Of a stretch of 64,000 nt of DNA, positions 1-8,133 are shown one piece after another. A model generated the notes under the pieces. The model worked only from the letters and a program-made list of their open reading frames with translations, was not told the origin of the DNA and searched no databases. How positions within the stretch are numbered: the first letter of the stretch is position 1; each line of letters begins with the position of its first letter. This stretch comes from Acidimicrobiales bacterium (lineage in GTDB: Bacteria > Actinomycetota > Acidimicrobiia > Acidimicrobiales > CATQHL01): contig CBDEFI010000002.1 in assembly GCA_965237375.1 (NCBI GenBank), forward strand, positions 197,499-261,498. The letters run 5' to 3'. The position numbers and the translations under genes were made by a program.

Positions 1-68
1 TCCACCTGCGGCGAGTGGTAACCCAACATGTCGGCCACGCCGGGCCGGGGCCGGGGCCGGGCCGTCAT
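1..68 (-). CDS. hisC: histidinol-phosphate aminotransferase, first ~22 codons only (gene continues past the window start)
   Basis: ATG at 68-66 overlaps the hisD stop (ATGA). Translation is MTARPRPRPGVADMLGYHSPQV; the GYHSPQ stretch resembles the N-terminal arm of actinobacterial HisC, and hisD-hisC is the usual operon order. The fragment is too short for certainty. Confidence 0.45.
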   Translation of the reverse strand, partial: MTARPRPRPGVADMLGYHSPQV

Positions 69-1339
69 GACCGCACACCCTCGACGGCTTCGGCCGCCAG
101 GCGGTCCAGGCGCCGCCGGACCGAGGCGGCGTGCGCGGGCAGGCCCTCCGCCGTGGCCAGGGTCTCGACCGCCGGCCCCAAGCGCGCCATGGCTGCGGCG
201 TCGGCGGAGATGACGTGGGTCTCACGGGTGAAGTCGGCCACGTTCAGCGCCGCGGCGAAGCGGGCCGTGCGCCCTGTGGGCAGGACGTGGGAGGGGCCGG
301 CCAGGTAGTCCCCCAGCGAGGCGGGCGACATCTCCCCGCAGAAGACGGCACCGGCGTGGCGGACGAGCGGCAAGAGATCCTCGGGGGCTGCCACCATGAG
401 TTGCAGGTGCTCGGGAGCGATCCGGTTCGCCACCGCGGCGGCCTGTGCGGGGCCGTCCACCAGCACGGCGTAGCCGCAGGCCTCCAGGGTGGCCTCGATC
501 TCGGCCCGCCGGGGCGCCGCGGCAGTGGCCGCGGCCACCTCGGCGGTCACTGCTTCGATGACCGCCGGATCCCAGGTCACCAGGGCGGCCATGCCGTCGG
601 GGCCGTGCTCGGCTTGCACGACCAGGTCGATGGCCACCAGGTCGGCCGGCACGGAGGCGTCGGCCACGACCACGACCTCCGATGGTCCGGCGAATGCGGA
701 CGGCACTCCCACCATGCCGGTCACCTGCTGCTTTGCGACCGCCACGTAGACGTTGCCGGGGCCGGCAATCACGTCAACCGGGGCGATCGTGGCCGTGCCG
801 TAGGCCAGCGCGGCAATGGCGCCGGCGCCGCCCACGGCGTACACCTCCTGCACCCCGGCGATGGCGGCGGCCGCCAGGGTGACCGGCGCCACCGCGCCGT
901 CGGGGCCGGGAGGGACGCACAGCGCCAACTGCTCCACGCCCGCTACTCGGGCGGGGATTGCGGTCATCAGCACGGTGGAGGGGTAGGCCGCCCGCCCGCC
1001 GGGCACGTACAGGCCGGCCCTGTCCACGGGGAGTCGCAGCGAGCGGATCTCCACGCCGTCGCACGACCAGACGTCCTCGGGGCGCAGTTGGGTGCGGTGA
1101 AAGGCCTCGATGCGTGCTGCGGCCACCTCCAGGGCATCCGCTACGTCGCCGTCCAGGTTCTCCAACGCCTCGGCGCACTCGGCGGGCGTAACCGCCACGC
1201 CCCGCAGGTGGGCCTTGTCGAAACGCAGTGCCATGCGCAGCAACGCCTCGTCGCCGTCGCGGCGCACTTCGGCGATGATCTCCCGGACGGCGTCGCCGGC
1301 GCCGAGCGGGGTCGCCGACTGTATGTGCGGCAGGTTCAT
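65..1339 (-). CDS. hisD: histidinol dehydrogenase
   Basis: Lies within ORF 65..1480. The internal ATG at 1339 (MNLPHIQ...) gives 424 aa, the normal HisD length. Family motifs VVQAEHGPDG and GDYLAGPSHVLPTGRTARF are present. Confidence 0.9.
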   Translation of the reverse strand: MNLPHIQSATPLGAGDAVREIIAEVRRDGDEALLRMALRFDKAHLRGVAVTPAECAEALENLDGDVADALEVAAARIEAFHRTQLRPEDVWSCDGVEIRSLRLPVDRAGLYVPGGRAAYPSTVLMTAIPARVAGVEQLALCVPPGPDGAVAPVTLAAAAIAGVQEVYAVGGAGAIAALAYGTATIAPVDVIAGPGNVYVAVAKQQVTGMVGVPSAFAGPSEVVVVADASVPADLVAIDLVVQAEHGPDGMAALVTWDPAVIEAVTAEVAAATAAAPRRAEIEATLEACGYAVLVDGPAQAAAVANRIAPEHLQLMVAAPEDLLPLVRHAGAVFCGEMSPASLGDYLAGPSHVLPTGRTARFAAALNVADFTRETHVISADAAAMARLGPAVETLATAEGLPAHAASVRRRLDRLAAEAVEGVRS

Positions 1340-1407
1340 GTCGGTCGCGCCGCGCACGTCCAGAAGGGAAAGCAGGTCCGGGCCCGGCACCGCGGCCACG
1401 CTACTGC

Positions 1408-2052
1408 TCAGACGGCGAACGCCGACGGGCAGAAGTCGTTGCAGACGCAGTTGGTGCAGTCGGCCCGGCGCGCGCCGCACACCTGCCGCCCGTGCAGGAT
1501 CAGCCGCATGCTGAAATCGCCCCGCTCGCCGGCGGGGACCATCGGGTTCAGCTCCATCTCGACAGCCACCGGGTCGGTCAGTTCGGTCATGCCCAGACGC
1601 CGGGATAGCCGCCCGACGTGGGTGTCCACAGGCAGGCCGGGCAGGTCGAAGGCCACGCTGCGCACCACGTTGGCCGTTTTGCGTCCCACGCCGGGCAGGG
1701 CCGTCAACTCACCCATGGAGGTGGGCACCTCGCCACCGTGGAGGCGGACGAGCCGGTCTGCCATCCCGATGAGGTTGCGAGCCTTGGCCTGGTAGAAGCC
1801 GGTGGAGTGGATCAACTCCTCCAGCTCCGACGGGTTGCACGCGGCGAGGTCCTCAGCGGCGGGATAGTGGGCGAACAGCGCCGGGGTGACCATGTTGACC
1901 CGCTTGTCCGTGCACTGCGCGGAGAGGATGGTGGCAACCAGCAGTTGGTACGAAGAGTTGTGATCCAGCGCGCAGTCGGCGTCGGGGTACTCCAGCTTCA
2001 GGCGCTCGTGCGTCTCGCGGGCGCGGCCCCGGGGGGAACGTGGACGACCCAT
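1408..2052 (-). CDS. nth: endonuclease III (DNA-(apurinic/apyrimidinic site) lyase)
   Basis: Helix-hairpin-helix LPGVGRKTANVV and a C-terminal 4Fe-4S cluster loop CGARRADCTNCVCNDFC. ATG at 2052 (MGRPRSP) is preferred over the ORF-track start at 2100. Confidence 0.9.
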   Translation of the reverse strand: MGRPRSPRGRARETHERLKLEYPDADCALDHNSSYQLLVATILSAQCTDKRVNMVTPALFAHYPAAEDLAACNPSELEELIHSTGFYQAKARNLIGMADRLVRLHGGEVPTSMGELTALPGVGRKTANVVRSVAFDLPGLPVDTHVGRLSRRLGMTELTDPVAVEMELNPMVPAGERGDFSMRLILHGRQVCGARRADCTNCVCNDFCPSAFAV

Positions 2053-2176
2053 GCCCGCAACGGTAGCGCCCCCCCACCGGCGTCCCGGCGCATCCGCCAC
2101 AGCCCAGGCGGGGGCACGGGAGGGTTGTCACCCGTGGGGAGAGTGGCCGTAGCCCCTGATCGGTAGTCTCGGTCCG

Positions 2177-2899
2177 GTGGCGATCGAGATCTCGGGGCCG
2201 AGCGATGGTGAGGTGACCTGGACGGTCGTGGTGCCGGCGGTGGATCGGCTTGCTCTCGGCCCGGAGGGTCTCACAGGAGAGTTGGCGGGCACCGTGGCCA
2301 CCGTCCGAGCCGCCGGCGGCGGGAGTTGCCGGCTCTGGATCGGTCACGTGGGGGGTTCCGACGACGAGTTGGTGGCGCCATGGGGGTTCACGGCCTACCG
2401 CGACCTCTGGCAGTTGCGGCGGCCGCTGCCGGCGCCGGCGTCGGACCTCGTCGTGCGCCCGTTCGAACCCCGCGACGCCGAAGCCGTGCTGGCAGTCAAC
2501 CGGCGTGCTTTCGCTTGGCATCCCGAGCAGGGCGCCATGACAGTGCAGGACCTGGACGAGCGCTCGCGTGAGGCCTGGTACGACCCTGCGGGTTTCCTTC
2601 TGCACGAGCGTGAGGGTCGCCTCGCCGGCTTCTGCTGGACCAAGGTCCACGCCGCAGGCGAGGCGCCGCCGGACGACGTTGCCATGGGCGAGATCTTCGT
2701 CATCGCCGTCGATCCCGACTTCCGCGGCCAAGGCATCGGTGGGCCACTAACCCTGACCGGCCTGGCGTACCTGCACGGCCGGGGGCCGGCAACGGGGATG
2801 CTCTACGTGGAGTCCGACAACGATGCCGCCAACGCCGTGTACCGGCGCCTCGGCTTCCACCATCACCACACCGACAGGGCCTATACCGCAACGCTCTGA
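2177..2899 (+). CDS. mshD: GNAT acetyltransferase, mycothiol synthase (MshD)-like
   Basis: GTG start. The acetyl-CoA motif VIAVDPDFRGQGIGGPLTLTG and the tail MLYVESDNDAANAVYRRLGFHHHHTDRAY match my memory of MshD C-terminal domains. At 240 aa it is shorter than the two-domain ~300 aa MshD. Confidence 0.65.
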   Translation: MAIEISGPSDGEVTWTVVVPAVDRLALGPEGLTGELAGTVATVRAAGGGSCRLWIGHVGGSDDELVAPWGFTAYRDLWQLRRPLPAPASDLVVRPFEPRDAEAVLAVNRRAFAWHPEQGAMTVQDLDERSREAWYDPAGFLLHEREGRLAGFCWTKVHAAGEAPPDDVAMGEIFVIAVDPDFRGQGIGGPLTLTGLAYLHGRGPATGMLYVESDNDAANAVYRRLGFHHHHTDRAYTATL

Positions 2900-2976
2900 A
2901 ATCGGCGCTCGCGGGACGTTCGGCGCCTCGTCCGGCCGGTCGAGGCGATGTCGCGAGGCTTCGCCACGCGCCGACC

Positions 2977-3081
2977 TTGCGGCGGTCGAGCAGTGCCATG
3001 ACGCCCCGGTACGCGCATTGTCGCGGCGGTCGAGCAGGGGAACGGGAGGCTTGTCTGCGCGTTGTCGCGCGGGTGGAGCAG
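2977..3081 (+). repeat. three direct repeats with an exact 44-bp period, each ending in GAGCAG, directly upstream of the membrane-protein gene
   Basis: ttgcggcggtcgagcag (2977-2993), ttgtcgcggcggtcgagcag (3018-3037), ttgtcgcgcgggtggagcag (3062-3081). A single homologous copy, ttgtcgctcggggcgagcag, sits at 4455-4473 upstream of the paralogue. Confidence 0.6.
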
Positions 3082-3090
3082 ACTACGGGC

Positions 3091-3456
3091 ATGAGCCGCT
3101 TCCGCTGGACGAACCCGGCGCTGCCGCAGACGCTGCAGATCGCAGTGCTGTTCCTCTACATATCCGCCTTTTTCGCCATCCTGGGCGGACTCGTCAATAT
3201 CACCAGCGTTCTGGGGCTCGTCGTCCTCGTGGGCGGGCTGCTGGCCTTCGCCGCGGCGGCGGGCATCGTCAGGGAACGCAAGAACGGTTACCGGCTGGCG
3301 GTGTTCTACTTCGGCTGGGACGTGCTGGGAACCCTGCTGAGCATTTCGGGCGGGTTCTCCGTGTTCTACGTGATCGGCCTCCTGCTGGCCGTCGCCCTCC
3401 TAGCGCTGCTGCTGCATCCCATGAGCCGCAACTACTACCGCAGCTGGTTCCGCTGA
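3091..3456 (+). CDS. small polytopic membrane protein (about 3-4 TM helices), unknown function
   Basis: ATG at 3091 (MSRFRWTNPALPQTLQIAVLFLY...). Hydrophobic segments run throughout. It has a clear paralogue at 4484 (MRRFRWMNPSLPQTLQIAVLLLF...). Confidence 0.7.
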   Translation: MSRFRWTNPALPQTLQIAVLFLYISAFFAILGGLVNITSVLGLVVLVGGLLAFAAAAGIVRERKNGYRLAVFYFGWDVLGTLLSISGGFSVFYVIGLLLAVALLALLLHPMSRNYYRSWFR

Positions 3457-3467
3457 GAGGCGCCACC

Positions 3468-4181
3468 GTGGCCGCCCGCTCTGCCCGCCGGCCCGTTCCG
3501 GATGTCCTTGGGGGGGCGGGGCGCGAGCGCGCCGTGCAGCGCATGTTCGACCGGGTGGCCCGCCGCTACGACCTGCTGAACCGGCTGCTGACCTTCGGGT
3601 TGGATCGCCGCTGGCGGCGCCGCAGCGTGCGGCTTCTCGACCTGCGGTCCCCGGCACGTGTGGCCGACCTGGCCTGCGGCACCGGCGATTTCTGTGGCGA
3701 ACTCCACCGGGCCGGCTTCCAGGCGGTTGGTGCCGACTTCTCAGCGGGCATGCTCCGCCACGCAACAACACCGGCGCCGTTGGTGCGCGCCGACGTACTC
3801 CGGCTTCCGTTCCGCGACGGCAGTGTCGACGGGGCCGTGTGCGGTTTCGCCCTGCGCAACCTGACTGACCTGAGGGCCTTCTACGCAGAAGTGGCGCGCA
3901 TTGTCCGCCCTGGCGGGCGGGTCGCCCTCCTTGAGGTTGCTGTGCCCACCGGCCGGGTGATCCGCTGGGGACACCGCCTGTACTTCGGGCGGATCATCCC
4001 GATCGTCGGGGGACTCCTGTCGGACCGGGAGGCTTACCGTTACCTGCCGGCCTCGGTCAGGTTCCTACCGGCGCCACAGGCCCTGACCGACCAACTGCGC
4101 GCCGCCGGCTTCGACGACGTGGAACACCGCTACCTCACCACGGGCATAGCCCAACTCGTCACCGCCACCCGCCGCTCCTGA
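3468..4181 (+). CDS. menG: demethylmenaquinone / ubiquinone-menaquinone C-methyltransferase
   Basis: GTG at 3468 lies in the frame of ORF 2823..4181. FDRVARRYDLLNRLLTFGLDRRWRR is the UbiE/MenG N-terminal signature, and DLACGTGDF is SAM motif I. The gene is convergent with menA. Confidence 0.85.
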   Translation: MAARSARRPVPDVLGGAGRERAVQRMFDRVARRYDLLNRLLTFGLDRRWRRRSVRLLDLRSPARVADLACGTGDFCGELHRAGFQAVGADFSAGMLRHATTPAPLVRADVLRLPFRDGSVDGAVCGFALRNLTDLRAFYAEVARIVRPGGRVALLEVAVPTGRVIRWGHRLYFGRIIPIVGGLLSDREAYRYLPASVRFLPAPQALTDQLRAAGFDDVEHRYLTTGIAQLVTATRRS

Positions 4182-4194
4182 CCAGCGCGGAGCG

Positions 4195-4340
4195 TCAGCC
4201 CAGGGCGGCTCCCAGCCACAGGTATCGCGGCTGCTACCACTCCGCACCCGTTCGCCCGACCTGGAGCCTCAAACCAGGGCCGACCCTAACCAGAGGCCGA
4301 TGGCGGTGGCGAGGCCGTAGGCGGCGAGTAGCCAGCCCTA
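4195..4340 (-). pseudogene. degenerate copy of the menA 3' end (duplication scar)
   Basis: tcagcccagggcggctcccagcca at 4195 and agaggccgatggcggtggcgaggccgtaggcggcgagtagcc at about 4297-4338 align with the real menA 3' end at 7135-7200. About 72 unrelated nt interrupt the copy, and nothing upstream continues the reading frame. Confidence 0.6.
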
Positions 4341-4483
4341 CGGGCTCCTCGCCCAGTCCACACAGAACCCGCATACCCACCTCGGACCTACACCCCACTT
4401 GAATCCGAAGAGCCGGTATCCGCCGAGGCGATGGAAGCAACGCAGCGCGCTGCATTGTCGCTCGGGGCGAGCAGACTACGGGT

Positions 4484-5239
4484 ATGAGGCGGTTCCGCTG
4501 GATGAACCCGTCGCTGCCGCAGACGCTGCAGATCGCGGTTCTGCTCCTTTTCACCTCCGGGTTCATCGCGATCCTACGCGGGTTCGCCAATATCACCGGC
4601 ACCTCAGGAGCCGGCGTCATCCTGGGTGGAGTGCTCGCGTTCGCCGCAGCGGCAGGCATCGTCAGGGATCGCAAGAACGGCTATCGGCTGGCGGTGTTCT
4701 ATTCCGGCTGGAGCATGCTGTGGACGTCGTTGAGCATTTCAGCCGGGTTCTCCGTGTTCGACCTGGTCGGCTTGCTGGCGGCCGCTGTGCTCCTGGCGTT
4801 GCTACTGCACCCCATGAGTCGCGCATGCTACGAAAGAACAACCGAACCGCCGATGACCAGTTCACGAGAACGCCCCCAGAACAACCCACGCAACCCCGCG
4901 ACAATCATCGGATTCTTCCTGTCGCTCATGGTGATTGCGCTGATGATACTGATGGCGGTGCCTGCCATCCTGAACCTAACTCCGTGGAGCGGGACGGTGG
5001 AGAACATTTTGGGCTGGCACATCGTCGGCCTATGGATTCTGTCAGTACTCCTCTGCAGAATCGGGCTGACCAAAACGCAGACACAGCGAGACCGACGATC
5101 CGAGGCGTGGAGCGCTCACCCTAGAGCGTGGAACTGGTACCACAAGCTCGCGATAGTGGGACTGTGCATACCGCTCGTCGCTCTTTGCGTCCTCGGAGTC
5201 TGGATCTGGCAAGCCGCGTTGGGGCGTTGGGGCCAATGA
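4484..5239 (+). CDS. membrane protein, paralogue of 3091..3456 with an unrelated C-terminal extension of about 140 aa and 3 TM helices
   Basis: The first ~112 aa align with the 3091 gene. The remainder (about 4830-5239) is hydrophobic but uses codons that are rare elsewhere in the window (ata, cta, att, tca, gta, aga, caa). Confidence 0.6.
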   Translation: MRRFRWMNPSLPQTLQIAVLLLFTSGFIAILRGFANITGTSGAGVILGGVLAFAAAAGIVRDRKNGYRLAVFYSGWSMLWTSLSISAGFSVFDLVGLLAAAVLLALLLHPMSRACYERTTEPPMTSSRERPQNNPRNPATIIGFFLSLMVIALMILMAVPAILNLTPWSGTVENILGWHIVGLWILSVLLCRIGLTKTQTQRDRRSEAWSAHPRAWNWYHKLAIVGLCIPLVALCVLGVWIWQAALGRWGQ

Positions 5240-5313
5240 CATCGTTTCTTGCCGGCCGGTCGCCAAACAGCACACTCCATACCGCATGTGACACGTCTAG
5301 GTTTCTGAGCCTG

Positions 5314-5460
5314 TCTGGACGACTTCCTCGCCGAGGTGGCATGCGTGGTGCGCCCCGGCGGGCGGATCGCCTTGCTGGAGGTGGCTGAGCCTGGGAGCCG
5401 GGTAGTTCGCTGAGGTCACCGTCGCTACTTCGGCTTTCAGCCCGTCGCTGCCATGATCGA
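5314..5460 (+). pseudogene. menG fragment with a premature stop
   Basis: Translates LDDFLAEVACVVRPGGRIALLEVAEPGSRVVR*GHRRYFG. The intact menG has LRAFYAEVARIVRPGGRVALLEVAVPTGRVIRWGHRLYFG, so a TGG has become TGA. No N-terminal half is present. Confidence 0.65.
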
Positions 5461-5542
5461 GGCTCAGACGCTTGATTGAGCCAAGGCCGCCGACGTATTT
5501 CGGGACGATCTGAGGCAGTACCGCAATGACGCCAAGCGCGGC

Positions 5543-6300
5543 GTGAACCTGGCGGAACAACTCGCCGAGGTGCCCAAGACCTCACAGGCACTGGCAGACG
5601 GTGCGATCACTCCGCAGCACGCCCGAATGATCGCCGAGGCCGCCGAGCAGGCGTCCATTGACGAGGCCGAGTTACTGGCTGCGGCGGACCGTGAGCCGAC
5701 GGACCTGTCCGGGCGCACGGTGCGCGATCACATCAACGGCCGCATCGGCGACGGCCTCGAGGAGCTCCGTAAGCACCAACGCGCACAGCGCCAGGTGAGT
5801 TTCTCTCGCCAGGCCTACGGCATGTACACCCTGTTCGGCAAGTTCGACCCCGTCGCCGGGAGCCGCATCGAAACGGCGCTCACCGCGGCGGCGAACAAGC
5901 TATGGCGTGCCGAGGATGCCAAGAACCGTTTTACCCCGCAGCAGCGCCTGGCCGACGCACTCGAGATGTTGGTGACTCGCGACGACGCTGGCAAAGCGCA
6001 GGACGTCGACCTGCTGGTCATTGCGGACTACGACACCGTCGCTGGCCCGCTACGCGACGCCCGTCTCGCCGACGGCACACCGTTGGCACCCGAAGAACTA
6101 CTCAGGTTGGCCTGCGACGCCACGATCCTGCCGGCGCTGTTCGACCCCAAGAGCCAGCCCCTGTGGCTGGGCCGCGGCCGCGGTCACGCCAGCGCAGGTC
6201 AAGGTGACCCCGGGCAGGGGGCGGTGTCGGTGGCACAGGCCCGCCACGTTGGGCTGGTCGGCTGACGGGCCGCGTCGCCCAAGGCTCCCGCGAGCGCCGC
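5543..6300 (+). pseudogene. DUF222 / HNH-endonuclease family gene (13E12-repeat type), truncated at both ends and frameshifted
   Basis: LAEVPKTSQALADGAITPQHARMIAEAA and LLRLACDATILPALFDPKSQPLWLGRGR are typical of the DUF222 core. Homology continues in another frame after about 6175 (VTPAQ..GRCRW). The HNH domain itself is missing, and the gene abuts the vapC 3' end. Confidence 0.6.
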
Positions 6301-6308
6301 GCACCCTC

Positions 6309-6728
6309 CTACGGGCGCACCGCGAATGCTTGACGCCGTTGGGGGCCGTAGCGGTAGATGCGGAAGTCGGCGTCCAAGGCCAGCGCGTCGGTGATCGCCA
6401 GGCGCTCCATGAGCGCCCAACTCGTGCGGTCGGTCAGACTGAATGCTTGATCAGGGAAGGTCGCCAGGGCCGCGATCGCCGCCTCGAGGTCAGCATGCGT
6501 CGCGCATTCGACACGTGCTATGCCAGCCGCGGTCGCGGCTACGACGCGGTTGGCAGTGTGGTGGTTGACGCGCGCGTTCACGAGGTTCCACAGTTCTGCG
6601 AGCACCAGATCGCTGGTGACCAGCGCCCCGGCGTGCTCTGTTAGCAGTGACCGAGCCACTTCGCGGTGGGCGTCGCCATCGTCGGCGGCGGCATACCAGA
6701 TGCTTGTGTCCACGAACACCGGCACCAC
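6309..6728 (-). CDS. vapC: PIN-domain toxin VapC
   Basis: N-terminal VFVDTSIWYAA holds the first acidic PIN residue, with further D/E positions (LAELWN, SLTDRTS, DADF). It lies 3 nt downstream of a small RHH gene. Confidence 0.85.
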   Translation of the reverse strand: MVPVFVDTSIWYAAADDGDAHREVARSLLTEHAGALVTSDLVLAELWNLVNARVNHHTANRVVAATAAGIARVECATHADLEAAIAALATFPDQAFSLTDRTSWALMERLAITDALALDADFRIYRYGPQRRQAFAVRP

Positions 6729-6731
6729 GAC

Positions 6732-6980
6732 TCAGAGCCCCTTGGCCGCGAACTGCTTGTCGATGGCCTCGCTGATCATGGCCTGCTTCCCATCGGCGAT
6801 CCTCGATCCTCCGCTGTCGAAGAGACCGAAGACGGCGGACGGATCGCCCGCGGGCGCGTCCTGTTCCAGGTCGCGAGCCACGAGTCGGCGGATGTGTTCT
6901 GACAGCGAGATGCCTTCGCCGGCTGCCTTGCGTTTGGCTGCGGCGTGGTGGTGGTCCGGGAGGACGATCATTGTTCTCAT
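6732..6980 (-). CDS. vapB: ribbon-helix-helix antitoxin VapB
   Basis: ATG at 6980 (MRTMIVLPDHHHAAAKRKAAGEGISLSEHIRRLVARDL) has a CopG/RHH-like N-terminus and sits immediately upstream of vapC. Confidence 0.75.
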   Translation of the reverse strand: MRTMIVLPDHHHAAAKRKAAGEGISLSEHIRRLVARDLEQDAPAGDPSAVFGLFDSGGSRIADGKQAMISEAIDKQFAAKGL

Positions 6981-6991
6981 GCCTTCAGTAT

Positions 6992-7020
6992 GGCATATAT
7001 CGCATAGCATTATCTATGCC
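6992..7020 (-). promoter_or_regulatory. putative vapBC operator/promoter palindrome
   Basis: GCATAG-cattat-CTATGC at 7002-7019 is nested in GGCATA(6992-6997)...TATGCC(7015-7020). It lies in an A/T-rich patch 12-40 nt upstream of the vapB ATG. VapB-type antitoxins normally autoregulate through such palindromes. Confidence 0.4.
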
Positions 7021-7083
7021 GTCATCCGCTGGCAGCGACAACCGCCATCAATAATCGAACACCGCTAGTTCAGCGGGGGCATC

Positions 7084-7126
7084 GCTCAGCTCGCCACTGC
7101 CACCCGCCGCTCCTGAGCAGCGCGCC
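7084..7126 (+). pseudogene. orphan copy of the last ~30 nt of menG plus its stop codon (second edge of the duplication scar)
   Basis: cagctcgccactgccacccgccgctcctgagcagcgcg at 7084-7126 aligns with caactcgtcaccgccacccgccgctcctgaccagcgcg at 4152-4189. Confidence 0.55.
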
Positions 7127-7134
7127 GCGGAACC

Positions 7135-8043
7135 TCATCCAAGGGCGGCGCCCAGCCAGAGGCCGATGGCGGTGGTGAGGCCGTAGGCGGCGAGTAGCCG
7201 GCCAGTGGCGGCCAGCACGCTGATCAACCCATGCCCTTCGACACCTGCGAGCACCTGCCGCAGTGGGGCAGGTGCGAGCGGGAGGGCGGCCAGGCCCAGC
7301 AACGCCCAGCGCTCCCCCACGGCCATGGGCACCAGGGCGGCGAACCCGCCGGCCAGTAGCGCCCCATAGAGCAGGCGCGTCCGGCGCGATCCCATGCGGA
7401 CGGCCAGCGTGCGCTTGCCGGCGGCGGTATCGCCGACGAGGTCCCGCAGGTTGTTCGCCACCAGTAGCGCACAGCTCAGGGCGCCGCAGCCCACTCCGGC
7501 CCACAGGCTGCGCAGAGTGAAGTCCTCGAGTTGCACGTAGGCACTGCCCGTGGCGGCGACGAAGCCGAAGAAGACGAAAACCCCCACCTCACCCAGACCC
7601 CGGTAGCCGTAGGGCGTCGGGCCGCCGGAGTAGAACCACCCGGCCGCCAGGCACGCCGCCCCCACCGCCAACAACTCCCAACCCGCCGCAGCAGCCAGTG
7701 CCAACCCGGCACCGCCGGCCGCCAGCCCGGCCACCGCGGCAGCGTTGCGCACCGCTCCTGGCCGGGCCAGGCCGGCGCCCACGAGGCGTCGCGGCCCCAC
7801 GCGGCGCTCGTCGTCGGTGCCACGCAGGCCGTCGCTGTAGTCGTTGGCATAGTTGACACCGACCTGCAGGGCCAAGGCCACCACCAGTGCCATGGCGAGG
7901 CGCCACCAGATCAGTCCCTGTCCCCAGCCGTAGCCGGGGCGGGCCGCGGTGGCAGTGCCGAGGAGAACCGGCGTCAGGGAAGCCGGCAGCGTGCGCGGCC
8001 TCGCCCCGGCCACCCAGTCGCGCACTCGCGTCACAGGCGGCAC
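7135..8043 (-). CDS. menA: 1,4-dihydroxy-2-naphthoate polyprenyltransferase (UbiA family)
   Basis: This is the C-terminal ~300 aa of ORF 7135..9867. It contains [14 protein letters not shown] (the UbiA Asp-rich motif), multiple TM helices and [15 protein letters not shown] near the N-terminus. In-frame GTG starts at 8043, 8034 and 8025 cannot be told apart. Confidence 0.85.
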   Translation of the reverse strand: MPPVTRVRDWVAGARPRTLPASLTPVLLGTATAARPGYGWGQGLIWWRLAMALVVALALQVGVNYANDYSDGLRGTDDERRVGPRRLVGAGLARPGAVRNAAAVAGLAAGGAGLALAAAAGWELLAVGAACLAAGWFYSGGPTPYGYRGLGEVGVFVFFGFVAATGSAYVQLEDFTLRSLWAGVGCGALSCALLVANNLRDLVGDTAAGKRTLAVRMGSRRTRLLYGALLAGGFAALVPMAVGERWALLGLAALPLAPAPLRQVLAGVEGHGLISVLAATGRLLAAYGLTTAIGLWLGAALG

Positions 8044-8133
8044 GTTAGCGGTGCCAAGTTCACCATCACGCAGCGCAGGCCGGCCGCGGGTTCGCGTCAC
8101 GGGCGGCGCGGTACCCGCCCCTATGCTCGGCGC

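Noticed and set aside
131-1795. 554-aa ORF on the plus strand
   Set aside because: It lies entirely antisense to hisD and nth, both of which have clear family motifs. Its product is Gly/Arg/His-rich with no recognisable domain, the typical shadow ORF of very GC-rich DNA.
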